Shown here piece by piece: positions 41,965 through 52,937 of a stretch of 64,000 nt of DNA; position 1 is the first letter of the stretch; every line of letters starts with the position of its first letter. The stretch comes from Opitutales bacterium. GTDB lineage: Bacteria; Verrucomicrobiota; Verrucomicrobiia; Opitutales; UBA2987. The DNA is taken from contig CBDDEL010000016.1 in the NCBI GenBank assembly GCA_965226885.1, forward strand, positions 544,001 through 608,000. Direction: 5' to 3'. Below the pieces are notes generated by a model. The model worked only from the letters and a program-made list of their open reading frames with translations. It had not been told where the DNA came from and did not search any database. Both the position numbers and the translations under genes were made by a program.

Positions 41965-42882
41965 TCAGGCGGCTTGTTTTGGTAAAGGGTTTTGTTTTCT
42001 CGTTGCCCCCCATGGGGGGCAAATATTTTCCTCGAATTGGACTGGGCTTTGGTAACTCAGAGAGGAATGTTTGCGATATCGGTTGTAGAAGATTTCCACG
42101 TATTCGAAGACAGTTGATCGCAGTTCGCGCTCGTCGGCAAAGTGGCGGCCTCGAATCGTGCTGGTCTTGAAGCGGCCGTAGAACGATTCCATGGCCGCGT
42201 TGTCGTAGCAGTTGCCTTGGCCGCTCATGCTCGGCTTCATGCCTAGTTCAGAGACCAGCCTCTGATAGTCGTCGCTGGCGTAGGGGCTGCCCCGATCGCT
42301 GTGATGAATAATCCCGGTGCGCAGTGTGCCGCGGGTCATGGCCGCGGCTTTGAGGGCCTTGCCAACCAGCTTCGCGTCGTTGTGGTTGGAAACGCTCCAG
42401 CCCAGCAGGCGTCGGCTGAACAGGTCCATCACCGTGGCCAAGTACATCCAACCGGCCAGGGTCCGTAGGTAGGTCGTGTCCGCCACCCAGACCTCGTCGA
42501 TATGGGTCGGCTGGCCATGCTTTTTAAGCACATTGGGGCTGTAACCATAGGGATGGTTACTGTTGGTTTTTAATGGCTTAAAGCGTTTACTCTGGGTGCT
42601 TTTGATTCCCATTTCACGCATCAGACGCAGAGCCCGGTCACGGCCGCAATCGATGCCCTCATCATCCTTCAGATGGCGGTGCATTGGCCGATGCCCATAG
42701 CGGCCCTTGGCCTCTTTGTGTACCTTCAGGATCGCCCCCTTGATTCCCTCGTCCTCGATCCGCCGGGCCGAGGGCGCTCGGGGCCTCCAGCAGTAATAGC
42801 CACTGCGACAAATCCCCATCGCCGAGCATATTTCCTCGATCTTGAAGCGCCCCTCGTTGTCTTTGACAAACTGGTACTTCAT
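41965..42882 (-). CDS. IS3-family OrfB DDE transposase
   Basis: As 366-1283. Confidence 0.92.
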   Translation of the reverse strand: MKYQFVKDNEGRFKIEEICSAMGICRSGYYCWRPRAPSARRIEDEGIKGAILKVHKEAKGRYGHRPMHRHLKDDEGIDCGRDRALRLMREMGIKSTQSKRFKPLKTNSNHPYGYSPNVLKKHGQPTHIDEVWVADTTYLRTLAGWMYLATVMDLFSRRLLGWSVSNHNDAKLVGKALKAAAMTRGTLRTGIIHHSDRGSPYASDDYQRLVSELGMKPSMSGQGNCYDNAAMESFYGRFKTSTIRGRHFADERELRSTVFEYVEIFYNRYRKHSSLSYQSPVQFEENICPPWGATRKQNPLPKQAA

Positions 42883-43187
42883 TGTTCGTCCTTGGCAAAG
42901 TAGCCCACCGTTTTTTTTAGTATCTGGTTGATCCGCTCCGAGCGGCGCAGCTCTTTGCGAAGACGATCTATCTCGGCCGCCATCTCCTTCGGACTGCTCT
43001 GTCGCTTTGAGGTGGCTTCGCCCTGCTGATCGTCCAGATAGAGCCTCTTCCACCTATACAATTGGTTGGTGTTGACCCCAAGTTTGGTCGATACCTCGGT
43101 GGCGCTCAGACCATCGAGTATCATCAGTTGAACTGCCTCATTTTTGAACTCTATACTGCGTCTTCTTCCCATGCTTCGATTCTCCAT
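42879..43187 (-). CDS. IS3-family OrfA
   Basis: As 19367-19675. Confidence 0.9.
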   Translation of the reverse strand: MENRSMGRRRSIEFKNEAVQLMILDGLSATEVSTKLGVNTNQLYRWKRLYLDDQQGEATSKRQSSPKEMAAEIDRLRKELRRSERINQILKKTVGYFAKDEQ

Positions 43188-43336
43188 TTAGGAGAATCTC
43201 GTGTCCACTTTTTCCAGTGCACATCAATTTTGAGCAGATCGTCTTGATTTTTAGGTGTTTTTCAGGGTGTAGAGACACTGCCCCCTTTCCCCCATTGGTT
43301 CGGTAGTGCCGGGGGCAGCACCAATGCACCCTTTAG

Positions 43337-44903
43337 CCCGGATATTTCATGAAGGGTAAAGTTTGGCTCGTTATTGCTATTGGAGATGGATTTCTTTGTA
43401 TTTTGAGCAGATCGTCTTGATTTTTAGGTGTTTTTCAGGGTGTAGAGACACTGCCCCCTTTCCCCCATTGGTTCGGTAGTGCCGGGGGCAGCACCAATGC
43501 ACCCTTTAGGTTGGCACCAATCGGCGGGCCGCATGGTTGAAAAGACTGGCCCAAGGATAACTCTCACTTAGGTGAAAGTGAATCGTTCGGGTGTTGCGCA
43601 CGATGACCGCTCCGATCTTGATTAATTTGAGCCGCAGGGTGTGGCATTGGGCCCGCGCCCACTTCGTCCCTTTTAAGGCTAACCGGCGCATGGCTTCCAT
43701 CAAGGTGTAGGCCAGCGCCGACAAGAGCAATCGCCACTGATTGGCCCACCATTGATGGGCGCTGGTGCGCTCGCTGAACAATTGCATCTGTTCCTTGATT
43801 CGGTTCTCCATTTCACCGCGGCCACAGTATACCTTGTCGTAAAGCTCCTGGGGATCGCCCGGCAGGTTCGTCACCACGAAGCGCGGGTTGGACCCCTGTG
43901 CGGTGTGTTCGGCTTTATGGATGACCAACCGCAGCCATCGCCACGAATCGGCAGCATAGACGAAGTCCTGGAATAACCGTTGTTTTTTACCCCTTAGTTC
44001 GAACCATTCTTTGGCCTGCTTTTGCAACTGCTGGGCGTCTTGCTGCAAGCGTGCATTGCGAGCCATCCCCACGATGTAACTAACTTCGTTGCGGTCGCAC
44101 CAAGAGAGTATCCGGTCTCGACAAAATCCACTGTCGGCGCGCCAAATAATCCGCGTACGGGGCCAGCTTTGGCGAATCCGTTTAACCAGCAATTTGAGGA
44201 TGGCCCCGGCATGCTTGCTGGCATCGATCTTGCTCGGCCGCAGGTAGGCCACCAGCAGCTGATCACCGCAAAAAACATATAGCGGCAGAAAACAGTAATG
44301 ATCATAATAACCGTGGAAAAAACGTCCCTCCTGGAGCCCGTGCACCGGATTGTCGGTGCCGTCAAAGTCCAGGATGATCTCTTCGGGTTCCTCGGCAAAG
44401 GAGCCCATGAACTGTTCGACCAACAGCTCGTTTACCGCAAAGGCCGCCCGCCGATCCTGCCCGTTTTCAAAACGACACAAAGTCGGCGCGCTGGCCAACG
44501 TTTCAATGCGCCCCGTTACCGTTTGCAACAATGGATCGTGGCGCAGGGTATCAAAGTCGTTCAAATCCTCATAGCCCGCCACCAGCCCGTAAACGCGCTG
44601 CCGCAGCATCCCCAATACCTCATGGCGTACTTTGCCCTTCTGCCGTTTGTCCACTAACTGTCGGGCCGCTCGTTCGGTCAAGCCCAACTGCCGATCCACT
44701 TCCCGGATCAAAAGCAGTCCGGCATCCGAAGTAACCTCTCCGCCCTTGAAATCAACCCGCACACGGCGGCCTTTTACCCTTGTCAACTGTAGCTTTAATT
44801 GTTTACCTTTTGTCATCGCTGATATTGCTTTAATTATTGATCTATCCTGCTGTATATCAGCAGTTAAGCATATCAACGATACTTTTTTTACGAAATATCC
44901 GGG
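43337..44903 (-). mobile_element. IS1380 inner copy (1567 bp) inserted in another IS1380
   Basis: Both TIRs present; flanks TTAG/CTAA are different sites of the outer copy. Confidence 0.93.
43506..44816 (-). CDS. IS1380-family transposase
   Basis: FKGGEVTSDAG, GYEDLND, HGLQEG.FFHGYY, RADSGF, RGEMENRIKE. Confidence 0.93.
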   Translation of the reverse strand: MTKGKQLKLQLTRVKGRRVRVDFKGGEVTSDAGLLLIREVDRQLGLTERAARQLVDKRQKGKVRHEVLGMLRQRVYGLVAGYEDLNDFDTLRHDPLLQTVTGRIETLASAPTLCRFENGQDRRAAFAVNELLVEQFMGSFAEEPEEIILDFDGTDNPVHGLQEGRFFHGYYDHYCFLPLYVFCGDQLLVAYLRPSKIDASKHAGAILKLLVKRIRQSWPRTRIIWRADSGFCRDRILSWCDRNEVSYIVGMARNARLQQDAQQLQKQAKEWFELRGKKQRLFQDFVYAADSWRWLRLVIHKAEHTAQGSNPRFVVTNLPGDPQELYDKVYCGRGEMENRIKEQMQLFSERTSAHQWWANQWRLLLSALAYTLMEAMRRLALKGTKWARAQCHTLRLKLIKIGAVIVRNTRTIHFHLSESYPWASLFNHAARRLVPT

Positions 44904-45307
44904 CTAACCGGCGCATGGCTTCCATCAAGGTGTAGGCCAGCGCCGACAAGAGCAATCGCCACTGATTGGCCCACCATTGATGGGCGCTGGTGCGCTCGCT
45001 GAACAATTGCATCTGTTCCTTGATTCGGTTCTCCATTTCACCGCGGCCACAGTATACCTTGTCGTAAAGCTCCTGGGGATCGCCCGGCAGGTTCGTCACC
45101 ACGAAGCGCGGGTTGGACCCCTGTGCGGTGTGTTCGGCTTTATGGATGACCAACCGCAGCCATCGCCACGAATCGGCAGCATAGACGAAGTCCTGGAATA
45201 ACCGTTGTTTTTTACCCCTTAGCTCGAACCATTCTTTGGCCTGCTTTTGCAACTGCTGGGCGTCTTGCTGCAAGCGTGCATTGCGAGCCATCCCCACGAT
45301 GTAACTA

Positions 45308-47124
45308 GAGGCTGTCCCAAAAGGGTGATTTTTGCGAGGGCTTTTGATAGGCGCTCATTTTAGAGGTATTTGCATTTGGGAGAGTATCAACTTTGCTCTC
45401 CTATGACGTTAGGATACTGGTTTTGGGGTCCGGTTGCCTGGTTTTCTTTGTATGAGCCGACAGTACGGCTGTGAAAAAGTATTGTCCTTGCTTTTCCGCT
45501 CTCTAGGCCGCCGCTTTGGTTTTTAGTTCGTCTTGCTGGGCCAGCATCTTGGCTACTTTCCATAGGTTGTGCGAGAGTACCGACCAGGCTACGCTGATCG
45601 AGCGGTTGGCAAAGCCTTTGCTGCGCAACCGCCCGGCCTGCCAGCGATTCTTCAATACCCCGATCCGCCCTTCGGTGCTGGCCCGGCGCTTTTGCAATTG
45701 TCTGAACAGTGGTTCCTCCATCCGTTTTTTCAACTGCTTCGGATCGCGTGGACAGAGCGCGTCGTAGATTCCCTCCTGGGCTAACTGCCGGCGGGCCCGC
45801 TGGGAGGCAAATCCCCGGTCCGCGCACATGGCCGCTATGGGTTCTTCCAGGTTGAAGCGGTTCTGTCTTTGCAAACTCTCTTGCATTTGTTCATTTTCGC
45901 TTGGAGTTCGGCTGCCGTAGAGTTTCCAGTCCAGCAGGTACCCTTCAACGCTTTCTCCCAAAAACAGGGTGTTGCCGAACTCGACCTCTTGGCCCGCTTT
46001 ACCTCGCACAATCACCTGCCCATCGAGTTCGTAAACACTCAAGACTTTCTCTGCGTTTTTCACCTGGCGGCCGCCAATGATCCGCTCGTGCGCCTGTTTG
46101 ATGACCACCGGGATTTGCTCGCTCATGCGCTCCATCCGGGCGAGGATCTGTTGGACCTGTTTTTCGCTGTAATCGCTTTGCTCCCAGCAGGCTTGCAATA
46201 ATTCCCGGTGACTGCGGGCATGCTCCCCGATCCGTTTGAGCAGCTTTTTCATCTGCCTCAAGATACCCTTGCGCTGCCGCGCGCTGTCCTTTCGCCGCCG
46301 GCTGTGGGTCATCTGTATGCACAGCCGATTCATCTGCCGAGCCAAGGGCTCCGGTTCGATCGGCATGCGATGGCGCAAACCGGCCTTCTCGCGGATCAGC
46401 CGGATCGCTTTGAGCAACGTGCCGGCTACATCCTTGAGTAATACCCAGTCCGTCGGCCAATGAATGTTAGCCTCCAAACAGGTGCCGTCGATCAGGCAAA
46501 TGGTGGTGTCAATCGGCTTGTCCAATCCCACCTGCCGGGCCAGAAGGGCATCGCCCACCACCTCAGTCAAGGTCCGGTGCAAGGCCCTCAACTGCTCTTC
46601 GCTGAAAAACTTCGAGGCCCGCTCCAGGGTGCTTTTGGAGATGCCCCTGATGCCATCGATCTGCCGGACACGGCAAAAGTCGGCCAACAGATCGCTGCTG
46701 CCCAGAGCCCGCGACAAATGCCGAAACGAAATCCCTCCGAGCAGACGGCCCAGCGTATCCATGCGCAGTGCCTTGATGGCAAAACTGGCCCGCTGCCGCC
46801 GGGCCTTTAGACCCATTGGCGGCCACCCCTCCAAGGCCAGCTCAATGGCCTGCGATTCCACCTCCGAGTCGATCAGCAGCCGATCGATTCGATCAATGGT
46901 GGCGCGGAAGTTATCGTAATCGAGGCACCGGTCGACCACAGTTAAAGCTGGACGCAGGAGGCATTGGATGGCTATATTTTTCATAGAAAGGGCTATATTG
47001 ATTTTCGCTAACTCAATTATAGAACCCTTTTTTGGCCGGATCGAGCAAAAACTTGCTCTTTCCGGCTCTTTCTATCAACGTCATCCAGTTGACTATAAAA
47101 TCTTTATATTTTTGGGACAGCCTC
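45308..47124 (-). mobile_element. IS5-like copy 4 (1817 bp), TSD TAACTA
   Basis: Empty site known from intact IS1380; 6 bp duplicated. Confidence 0.95.
45503..46984 (-). CDS. IS5-family DDE transposase
   Basis: Intact 493-aa copy. Confidence 0.88.
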   Translation of the reverse strand: MKNIAIQCLLRPALTVVDRCLDYDNFRATIDRIDRLLIDSEVESQAIELALEGWPPMGLKARRQRASFAIKALRMDTLGRLLGGISFRHLSRALGSSDLLADFCRVRQIDGIRGISKSTLERASKFFSEEQLRALHRTLTEVVGDALLARQVGLDKPIDTTICLIDGTCLEANIHWPTDWVLLKDVAGTLLKAIRLIREKAGLRHRMPIEPEPLARQMNRLCIQMTHSRRRKDSARQRKGILRQMKKLLKRIGEHARSHRELLQACWEQSDYSEKQVQQILARMERMSEQIPVVIKQAHERIIGGRQVKNAEKVLSVYELDGQVIVRGKAGQEVEFGNTLFLGESVEGYLLDWKLYGSRTPSENEQMQESLQRQNRFNLEEPIAAMCADRGFASQRARRQLAQEGIYDALCPRDPKQLKKRMEEPLFRQLQKRRASTEGRIGVLKNRWQAGRLRSKGFANRSISVAWSVLSHNLWKVAKMLAQQDELKTKAAA

Positions 47125-49386
47125 TAACTAACTTCGTTGCGGTCGCACCAAGAGAGTATCCGGTCTCGACAAAATCCACTGTCGGCGCGCCAAATAATCC
47201 GCGTACGGGGCCAGCTTTGGCGAATCCGTTTAACCAGCAATTTGAGGATGGCCCCGGCATGCTTGCTGGCATCGATCTTGCTCGGCCGCAGGTAGGCCAC
47301 CAGCAGCTGATCACCGCAAAAAACATATAGCGGCAGAAAACAGTAATGATCATAATAACCGTGGAAAAAACGTCCCTCCTGGAGCCCGTGCACCGGATTG
47401 TCGGTGGCGTCAAAGTCCAGGATGATCTCTTCGGGTTCCTCGGCAAAGGAGCCCATGAACTGTTCGACCAACAGCTCGTTTACCGCAAAGGCCGCCCGCC
47501 GATCCTGCCCGTTTTCAAAACGACACAAAGTCGGCGCGCTGGCCAACGTTTCAATGCGCCCCGTTACCGTTTGCAACAATGGATCGTGGCGCAGGGTATC
47601 AAAGTCGTTCAAATCCTCATAGCCCGCCACCAGCCCGTAAACGCGCTGCCGCAGCATCCCCACTCATGGCGTACTTTGCCCTTCTGCCGTTTGTCCACTA
47701 ACTGTCGGGCCGCTCGTTCGGTCAAGCCCAACTGCCGATCCACTTCCCGGATCAAAAGCAGTCCGGCATCCGAAGTAACCTCTCCGCCCTTGAAATCAAC
47801 CCGCACACGGCGGCCTTTTACCCTTGTCAACTGTAGCTTTAATTGTTTACCTTTTGTCATCGCTGATATTGCTTTAATTATTGATCTATCCTGCTGTATA
47901 TCAGCAGTTAAGCATATCAACGATACTTTTTTTACGAAATATCCGGGTTAGCCTTGGCCAATGCCTTACTGACTAACCATCCCTACCTCCTGAAACCGGA
48001 GAGTCGCCGTTCACTCAGATCCTTGATGGCGGAAACTGACCTGCCAGAGCCAAATGCTTTTCCGCAAGCGCGTTTCATCAAACTTCTCGAATCGGTCCAA
48101 ACCACGATTCCGGTCATTTGGGAAAACGGCGTCAAACCCAACATAGCCTCGCTGGGTGCCGTGTCTTTACCCGGAGATCGCGGAGGCATTCTATTTCAAT
48201 TCTCAAAAGGTCAAGACCCAATAAGCTTCAAGACAACTACTGCGTTCAAGACAACTACTGCGGACCTGGCCTATATTGAAAAATACCTAACCATCCCGCT
48301 TGCCTCATCGGGAACGACCTGGACCCTCCTCACCCTCGAAAACGTGCCTGACGGGCTCACCTTCCTTTACGCATCCTTGGAGCAGGAGGACGGCAGCATA
48401 ACTTCCTATCCCTTCCAGGTAACCGCCCCCAAGCCAGGCCGTTTGCAACTGACCGTTTTATCGGACGACACCGCCAACCCCACCCCGGCCATGATTCAAC
48501 TCAAGTGGCTCTTCGACGGCAGCCTTCGATCTCCCCATAACGCCCTCAATATGGCACCGCAATTCGATTCGCAGGCACAGGCCCACAACCGGCCCGCAGG
48601 AAGCAGATTCTTGCAACTTCCCGGTATTCCCAAAAGCGATTATTGGATCGTACCCGGCCCCATCGACATGATGATACCTCCCGGCCAATGGCAAATCTCC
48701 ATCTTGCGGGGACTTGAGCACTTGCAGGTAATCGATACCGTCTCGATCTCCTCGGGAGAAACCGTCAAAAAGACTTATAAACCCAAACGTTGGACCAATA
48801 TGGCTGCAAAGGGCTGGTATTCCGGTGACGACCACGTACATGCCCAGATAATGAGCCAAAGCGATGCGGACAACCTCATGCAATGGGCAATGGCCGAAGA
48901 TCTCAGGATCGTCAACCTACTCGAAATGGGCGACCATGAACGCACCTATTTCCAGCAGCGGGCATTTGGAGAGCAAGGACGTATCCATAAAGACAATACC
49001 ATTTTGGTTCCAGGTCAGGAGGACCCGCGAATTGGATACCTGGGGCATACCATTGCATTAAATATTACGATGCCTGTGCGCGACACCACCAAGTATTTCC
49101 TCCACGACTGGGTTTACGACCGAGTCCATGAGCTGGGAGGACTATATGGTTATGCCCACGTCAACCGGGAAAAATTCACCATCCACCGCGACATGAGCCT
49201 GAATATCCCCAAAAATAAAGTAGATTTCGTGGAGCTGCTTCAGTTTAACATCCTGGGCACCAGGCTATATTACGATTTTCTAAATTTAGGGTATAAAGTT
49301 ACGGCATCTGCTGGGTCTGACGTACCTTGGGGAGCTACTATGGGAGAGGTCCGCGTCTATGCTTTCGTGCAGGACAAAGACTTCAC

Positions 49387-50883
49387 CAGCGATGACAAAA
49401 GGTAAACAATTAAAGCTACAGTTGACAAGGGTAAAAGGCCGCCGTGTGCGGGTTGATTTCAAGGGCGGAGAGGTTACTTCGGATGCCGGACTGCTTTTGA
49501 TCCGGGAAGTGGATCGGCAGTTGGGCTTGACCGAACGAGCGACCCGACAGTTAGTGGACAAACGGCAGAAGGGCAAAGTACGCCATGAGGTATTGGGGAT
49601 GCTGCGGCAGCGCGTTTACGGGCTGGTGGCGGGCTATGAGGATTTGAACGACTTTGATACCCTGCGCCACGATCCATTGTTGCAAACGGTAACGGGGCGC
49701 ATTGAAACGTTGGCCAGCGCGCCGACTTTGTGTCGTTTTGAAAACGGGCAGGATCGGCGGGCGGCCTTTGCGGTAAACGAGCTGTTGGTCGAACAGTTCA
49801 TGGGCTCCTTTGCCGAGGAACCCGAAGAGATCATCCTGGACTTTGACGCCACCGACAATCCGGTGCACGGGCTCCAGGAGGGACGTTTTTTCCACGGTTA
49901 TTATGATCATTACTGTTTTCTGCCGCTATATGTTTTCTGCGGTGATCAGCTGCTGGTGGCCTACCTGCGGCCGAGCAAGATCGATGCCAGCAAGCATGCC
50001 GGGGCCATCCTCAAATTGCTGGTTAAACGGATTCGCCAAAGCTGGCCCCGTACGCGGATTATTTGGCGCGCCGACAGTGGATTTTGTCGAGACCGGATAC
50101 TCTCTTGGTGCGACCGCAACGAAGTTAGTTACATCGTGGGGATGGCTCGCAATGCACGCTTGCAGCAAGACGCCCAGCAGTTGCAAAAGCAGGCCAAAGA
50201 ATGGTTCGAACTAAGGGGTAAAAAACAACGGTTATTCCAGGACTTCGTCTATGCTGCCGATTCGTGGCGATGGCTGCGGTTGGTCATCCATAAAGCCGAA
50301 CACACCGCACAGGGGTCCAACCCGCGCTTCGTGGTGACGAACCTGCCAGGCGATCCCCAGGAGCTTTACGACAAGGTATACTGTGGCCGCGGTGAAATGG
50401 AGAACCGAATCAAGGAACAGATGCAATTGTTCAGCGAGCGCACCAGCGCCCATCAATGGTGGGCCAATCAGTGGCGATTGCTCTTGTCGGCGCTGGCCTA
50501 CACCTTGATGGAAGCCATGCGCCGGTTAGCCTTAAAAGGGACGAAGTGGGCGCGGGCCCAATGCCACACCCTGCGGCTCAAATTAATCAAGATCGGAGCG
50601 GTCATCGTGCGCAACACCCGAACGATTCACTTTCACCTAAGTGAGAGTTATCCTTGGGCCTTGTTTTGGTAAAGTCTTTTCAACCATGCGGCCCGCCGAT
50701 TGGTGCCAACCTAAAGGGTGCATTGGTGCTGCCCCCGGCACTACCGAACCAATGGGGGAAAGGGGGCAGTGTCTCTACACCCTGAAAAACACCTAAAAAT
50801 CAAGACGATCTGCTCAAAATACAAAGAAATCCATCTCCAATAGCAATAACGAGCCAAACTTTACCCTTCATGAAATATCCGGG
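49387..50883 (+). mobile_element. IS1380 copy lacking its left end
   Basis: Fused to the host gene at CAGCGAT; right TIR at 50883; 12-bp insert causes an early stop. Confidence 0.9.
49392..50672 (+). CDS. IS1380-family transposase (short C-terminal truncation)
   Basis: Ends YPWALFW* instead of YPWASLFNHAARRLVPT*. Confidence 0.82.
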   Translation: MTKGKQLKLQLTRVKGRRVRVDFKGGEVTSDAGLLLIREVDRQLGLTERATRQLVDKRQKGKVRHEVLGMLRQRVYGLVAGYEDLNDFDTLRHDPLLQTVTGRIETLASAPTLCRFENGQDRRAAFAVNELLVEQFMGSFAEEPEEIILDFDATDNPVHGLQEGRFFHGYYDHYCFLPLYVFCGDQLLVAYLRPSKIDASKHAGAILKLLVKRIRQSWPRTRIIWRADSGFCRDRILSWCDRNEVSYIVGMARNARLQQDAQQLQKQAKEWFELRGKKQRLFQDFVYAADSWRWLRLVIHKAEHTAQGSNPRFVVTNLPGDPQELYDKVYCGRGEMENRIKEQMQLFSERTSAHQWWANQWRLLLSALAYTLMEAMRRLALKGTKWARAQCHTLRLKLIKIGAVIVRNTRTIHFHLSESYPWALFW

Positions 50884-50955
50884 CTAACCCTAAAGGTGCT
50901 CAGACCATCGAGTATCATCAGTTGAACTGCCTCAATTTAGGAGAATCTCGTGCTA

Positions 50956-51141
50956 GATTGGTGCCAACCTAAAGGGTGCATTGGTGCTGCCCCCGGCACT
51001 ACCGAACCAATGGGGGAAAGGGGGCAGTGTCTCTACACCCTGAAAAACACCTAAAAATCAAGACGATCTGCTCAAAATACAAAGAAATCCATCTCCAATA
51101 GCAATAACGAGCCAAACTTTACCCTTCATGAAATATCCGGG
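50956..51141 (+). repeat. Duplicated IS1380 3' end
   Basis: Repeats 50698-50883 and is followed by the same host 15-mer CTAACCCTAAAGGTG. Confidence 0.9.
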
Positions 51142-51595
51142 CTAACCCTAAAGGTGAAAGCTAGAGCTTGGGGACATCCCGATCGCCTGACTCCTACCCG
51201 TCTCGAAATCGTCAAACATGGAGAAGTCATCAAGTCGGCCACTCAATCCGGCTCATCACACCATGAACTGCGACTCGAATTCGATCTGGACCCCGGAATG
51301 GGTTACTGGTTGGCTGCTCGGGCTTATGCCAATGATGGATCAGCCGCCCATACAACTCCCATTTATATAAGCCGTCCCCCCTTTCGTTTCTGGGATTATG
51401 ACCAGGCCCTTAGCCTGATCGACCGGCAAATGAGCAGCCTGCAGGAAATCGAAGATAAGATCCATTCCGTTATGGCTTTGCCCCAATCAAAGCCCTCCGC
51501 AGATTCCCTAAATGCAGAAAGCGGATCTCTCATTGGACTATGGTATGGCAACTCCAACCTGATGCGCCCCAAGGAAGTGGATACCTTCAAATTTC

Positions 51596-52397
51596 GGTAG
51601 TGTATTAAGTAGGAATGGTGGCTAATTCTTGATTATATTGATGAATGAAAAGTCTCAGACAGGTTTCATGCATACTCTTAAGCTTGGAAAAGGAGAGGGT
51701 TTTGCGTGTGAAACGACCCAGTCGTTGGCGCAGGGTATTGTTCCATCGTTCCACATGGGCCGTTTCACCGGTTTCTTTTCCCACGGAGCGGTTATGAGGA
51801 AAGACTTCATCATAAGTGCTCCAAAAGTCGCTGTAGGTGGCACATCTTTTGTAGGCCCGTGGCAGACGCTCGTAAAGTTCCCGGCAACGATACCAATCCC
51901 GAGGCCCAATGGCATAGGAGAGGATTTGACGGGTGCGTCGGCAAAGAGCGATCCAAACCCATTGGGCATCGCTCTTGCGCCCCACAAAAGACCACAGTTC
52001 GTCCAGTTCAATGACATCATGGCGGCGGGCCGCAAGAATCGTGCTTTTGAGCGGTCGCAGCGATTGTCGTTTTTTTTAACCAACTCAAAACGGTGTTGGG
52101 ACTCACCCCGAAGGCGCGCTGTAAACCGCGTAGACTGCTGCGTTCCTGATAGACTCGAAGGATCATTTCTTTTTGCTCTTCGGTGTATTTCACTGTGGGG
52201 TTTTCGCGGCTTTGTTTACCACAATCATGGCAGCGGTAGCGCTGTTTATGGTTGGGCGTCTTGCCAAATTTAATGATATTTTCACTTCCACAGTGCCGAC
52301 AATTAATAATTTTAGTAACCATGCACTAAGAATAAACTGCCTAACGCTATTTGTACAGCTAAAAATACAAAATAACATTCTTTTTTTATACACTACC
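51596..52397 (-). mobile_element. IS1 copy 2 (802 bp), TSD CAAATTTC
   Basis: TIRs plus 8-bp direct repeat. Confidence 0.96.
51605..52322 (-). CDS. IS1 transposase, InsA and InsB out of frame at an A8 run
   Basis: 52017-52322 and 51605-51985; one extra A versus copy 1. Confidence 0.8.
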
Positions 52398-52937
52398 CAA
52401 ATTTCCAGGGCAAACGTGGCCTCAAAATAGTGAACGTGGCGGGAATTGGTCGGCTAAGTGGAAAGGTATTCTGACCCTGCCCCCCGGCGCCCCCCAATCC
52501 ATCAATCTTTTTATGGATTCCAGTGGGTCGGCAAGCCTTTACATAGACGGCCAGGCTATCATTCAAAAAGAGGCTCGGGGAGAAGAATCGGCCCCCATTC
52601 AACTTCAGCCCAATACTCCTTACGAAGTCGAGTTGATTTATATGAATCAAAATCCGCCACGAAGCTACCTCAACCTCTCATGGAGCGCAAACGGCATCGA
52701 CAAGCAACCCATTCCATCCGCATGGTTCGCCTACCGCAAGCAAGACCATGCCGCTGTTCAACATGCCGTTGAAATTGAAGTCGACACCTTCCAACTCCAG
52801 GAACAGGCAGAAAACCTCTTAGACAGTGTAGAAGAAGCTCGCCTCGTCTATCGGGGCCTACGCGCTAAATGGAGGAAAGAAATGCCGCATCGCGAAAGTG
52901 ATGTGCACTGGAAAAAGTGGACACGAGATTCTCCTAA

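Larger units (their letters stand above)
41902..43226 (-). mobile_element. IS3-A copy 4 (1325 bp), TSD ATTT
   Basis: Inside the IS1380 3' non-coding end; ATTT duplicated. Confidence 0.95.
44904..47860 (-). pseudogene. IS1380 transposase of the outer copy, split by IS5 and IS1380, with a 4-bp deletion near 47662
   Basis: Fragments 44904-45307 and 47125-47860. Confidence 0.85.
41835..47947 (-). mobile_element. IS1380-family outer element (TSD TTAG) carrying nested IS3-A, IS1380 and IS5-like copies
   Basis: Ends CCCGGATATTTC at 41835 and 47947; TTAG on both flanks. Confidence 0.92.
41678..52898 (+). pseudogene. CehA/McbA-family metallohydrolase with PA14-like domain, broken into four pieces by IS insertions
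   Basis: Pieces 41678-41834, 47952-49391, 51142-51595 and 52406-52898; rejoin in frame across the TTAG and CAAATTTC TSDs; GWYSGDDHVH, ASAGSD, AHTTPIY. Confidence 0.88.
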
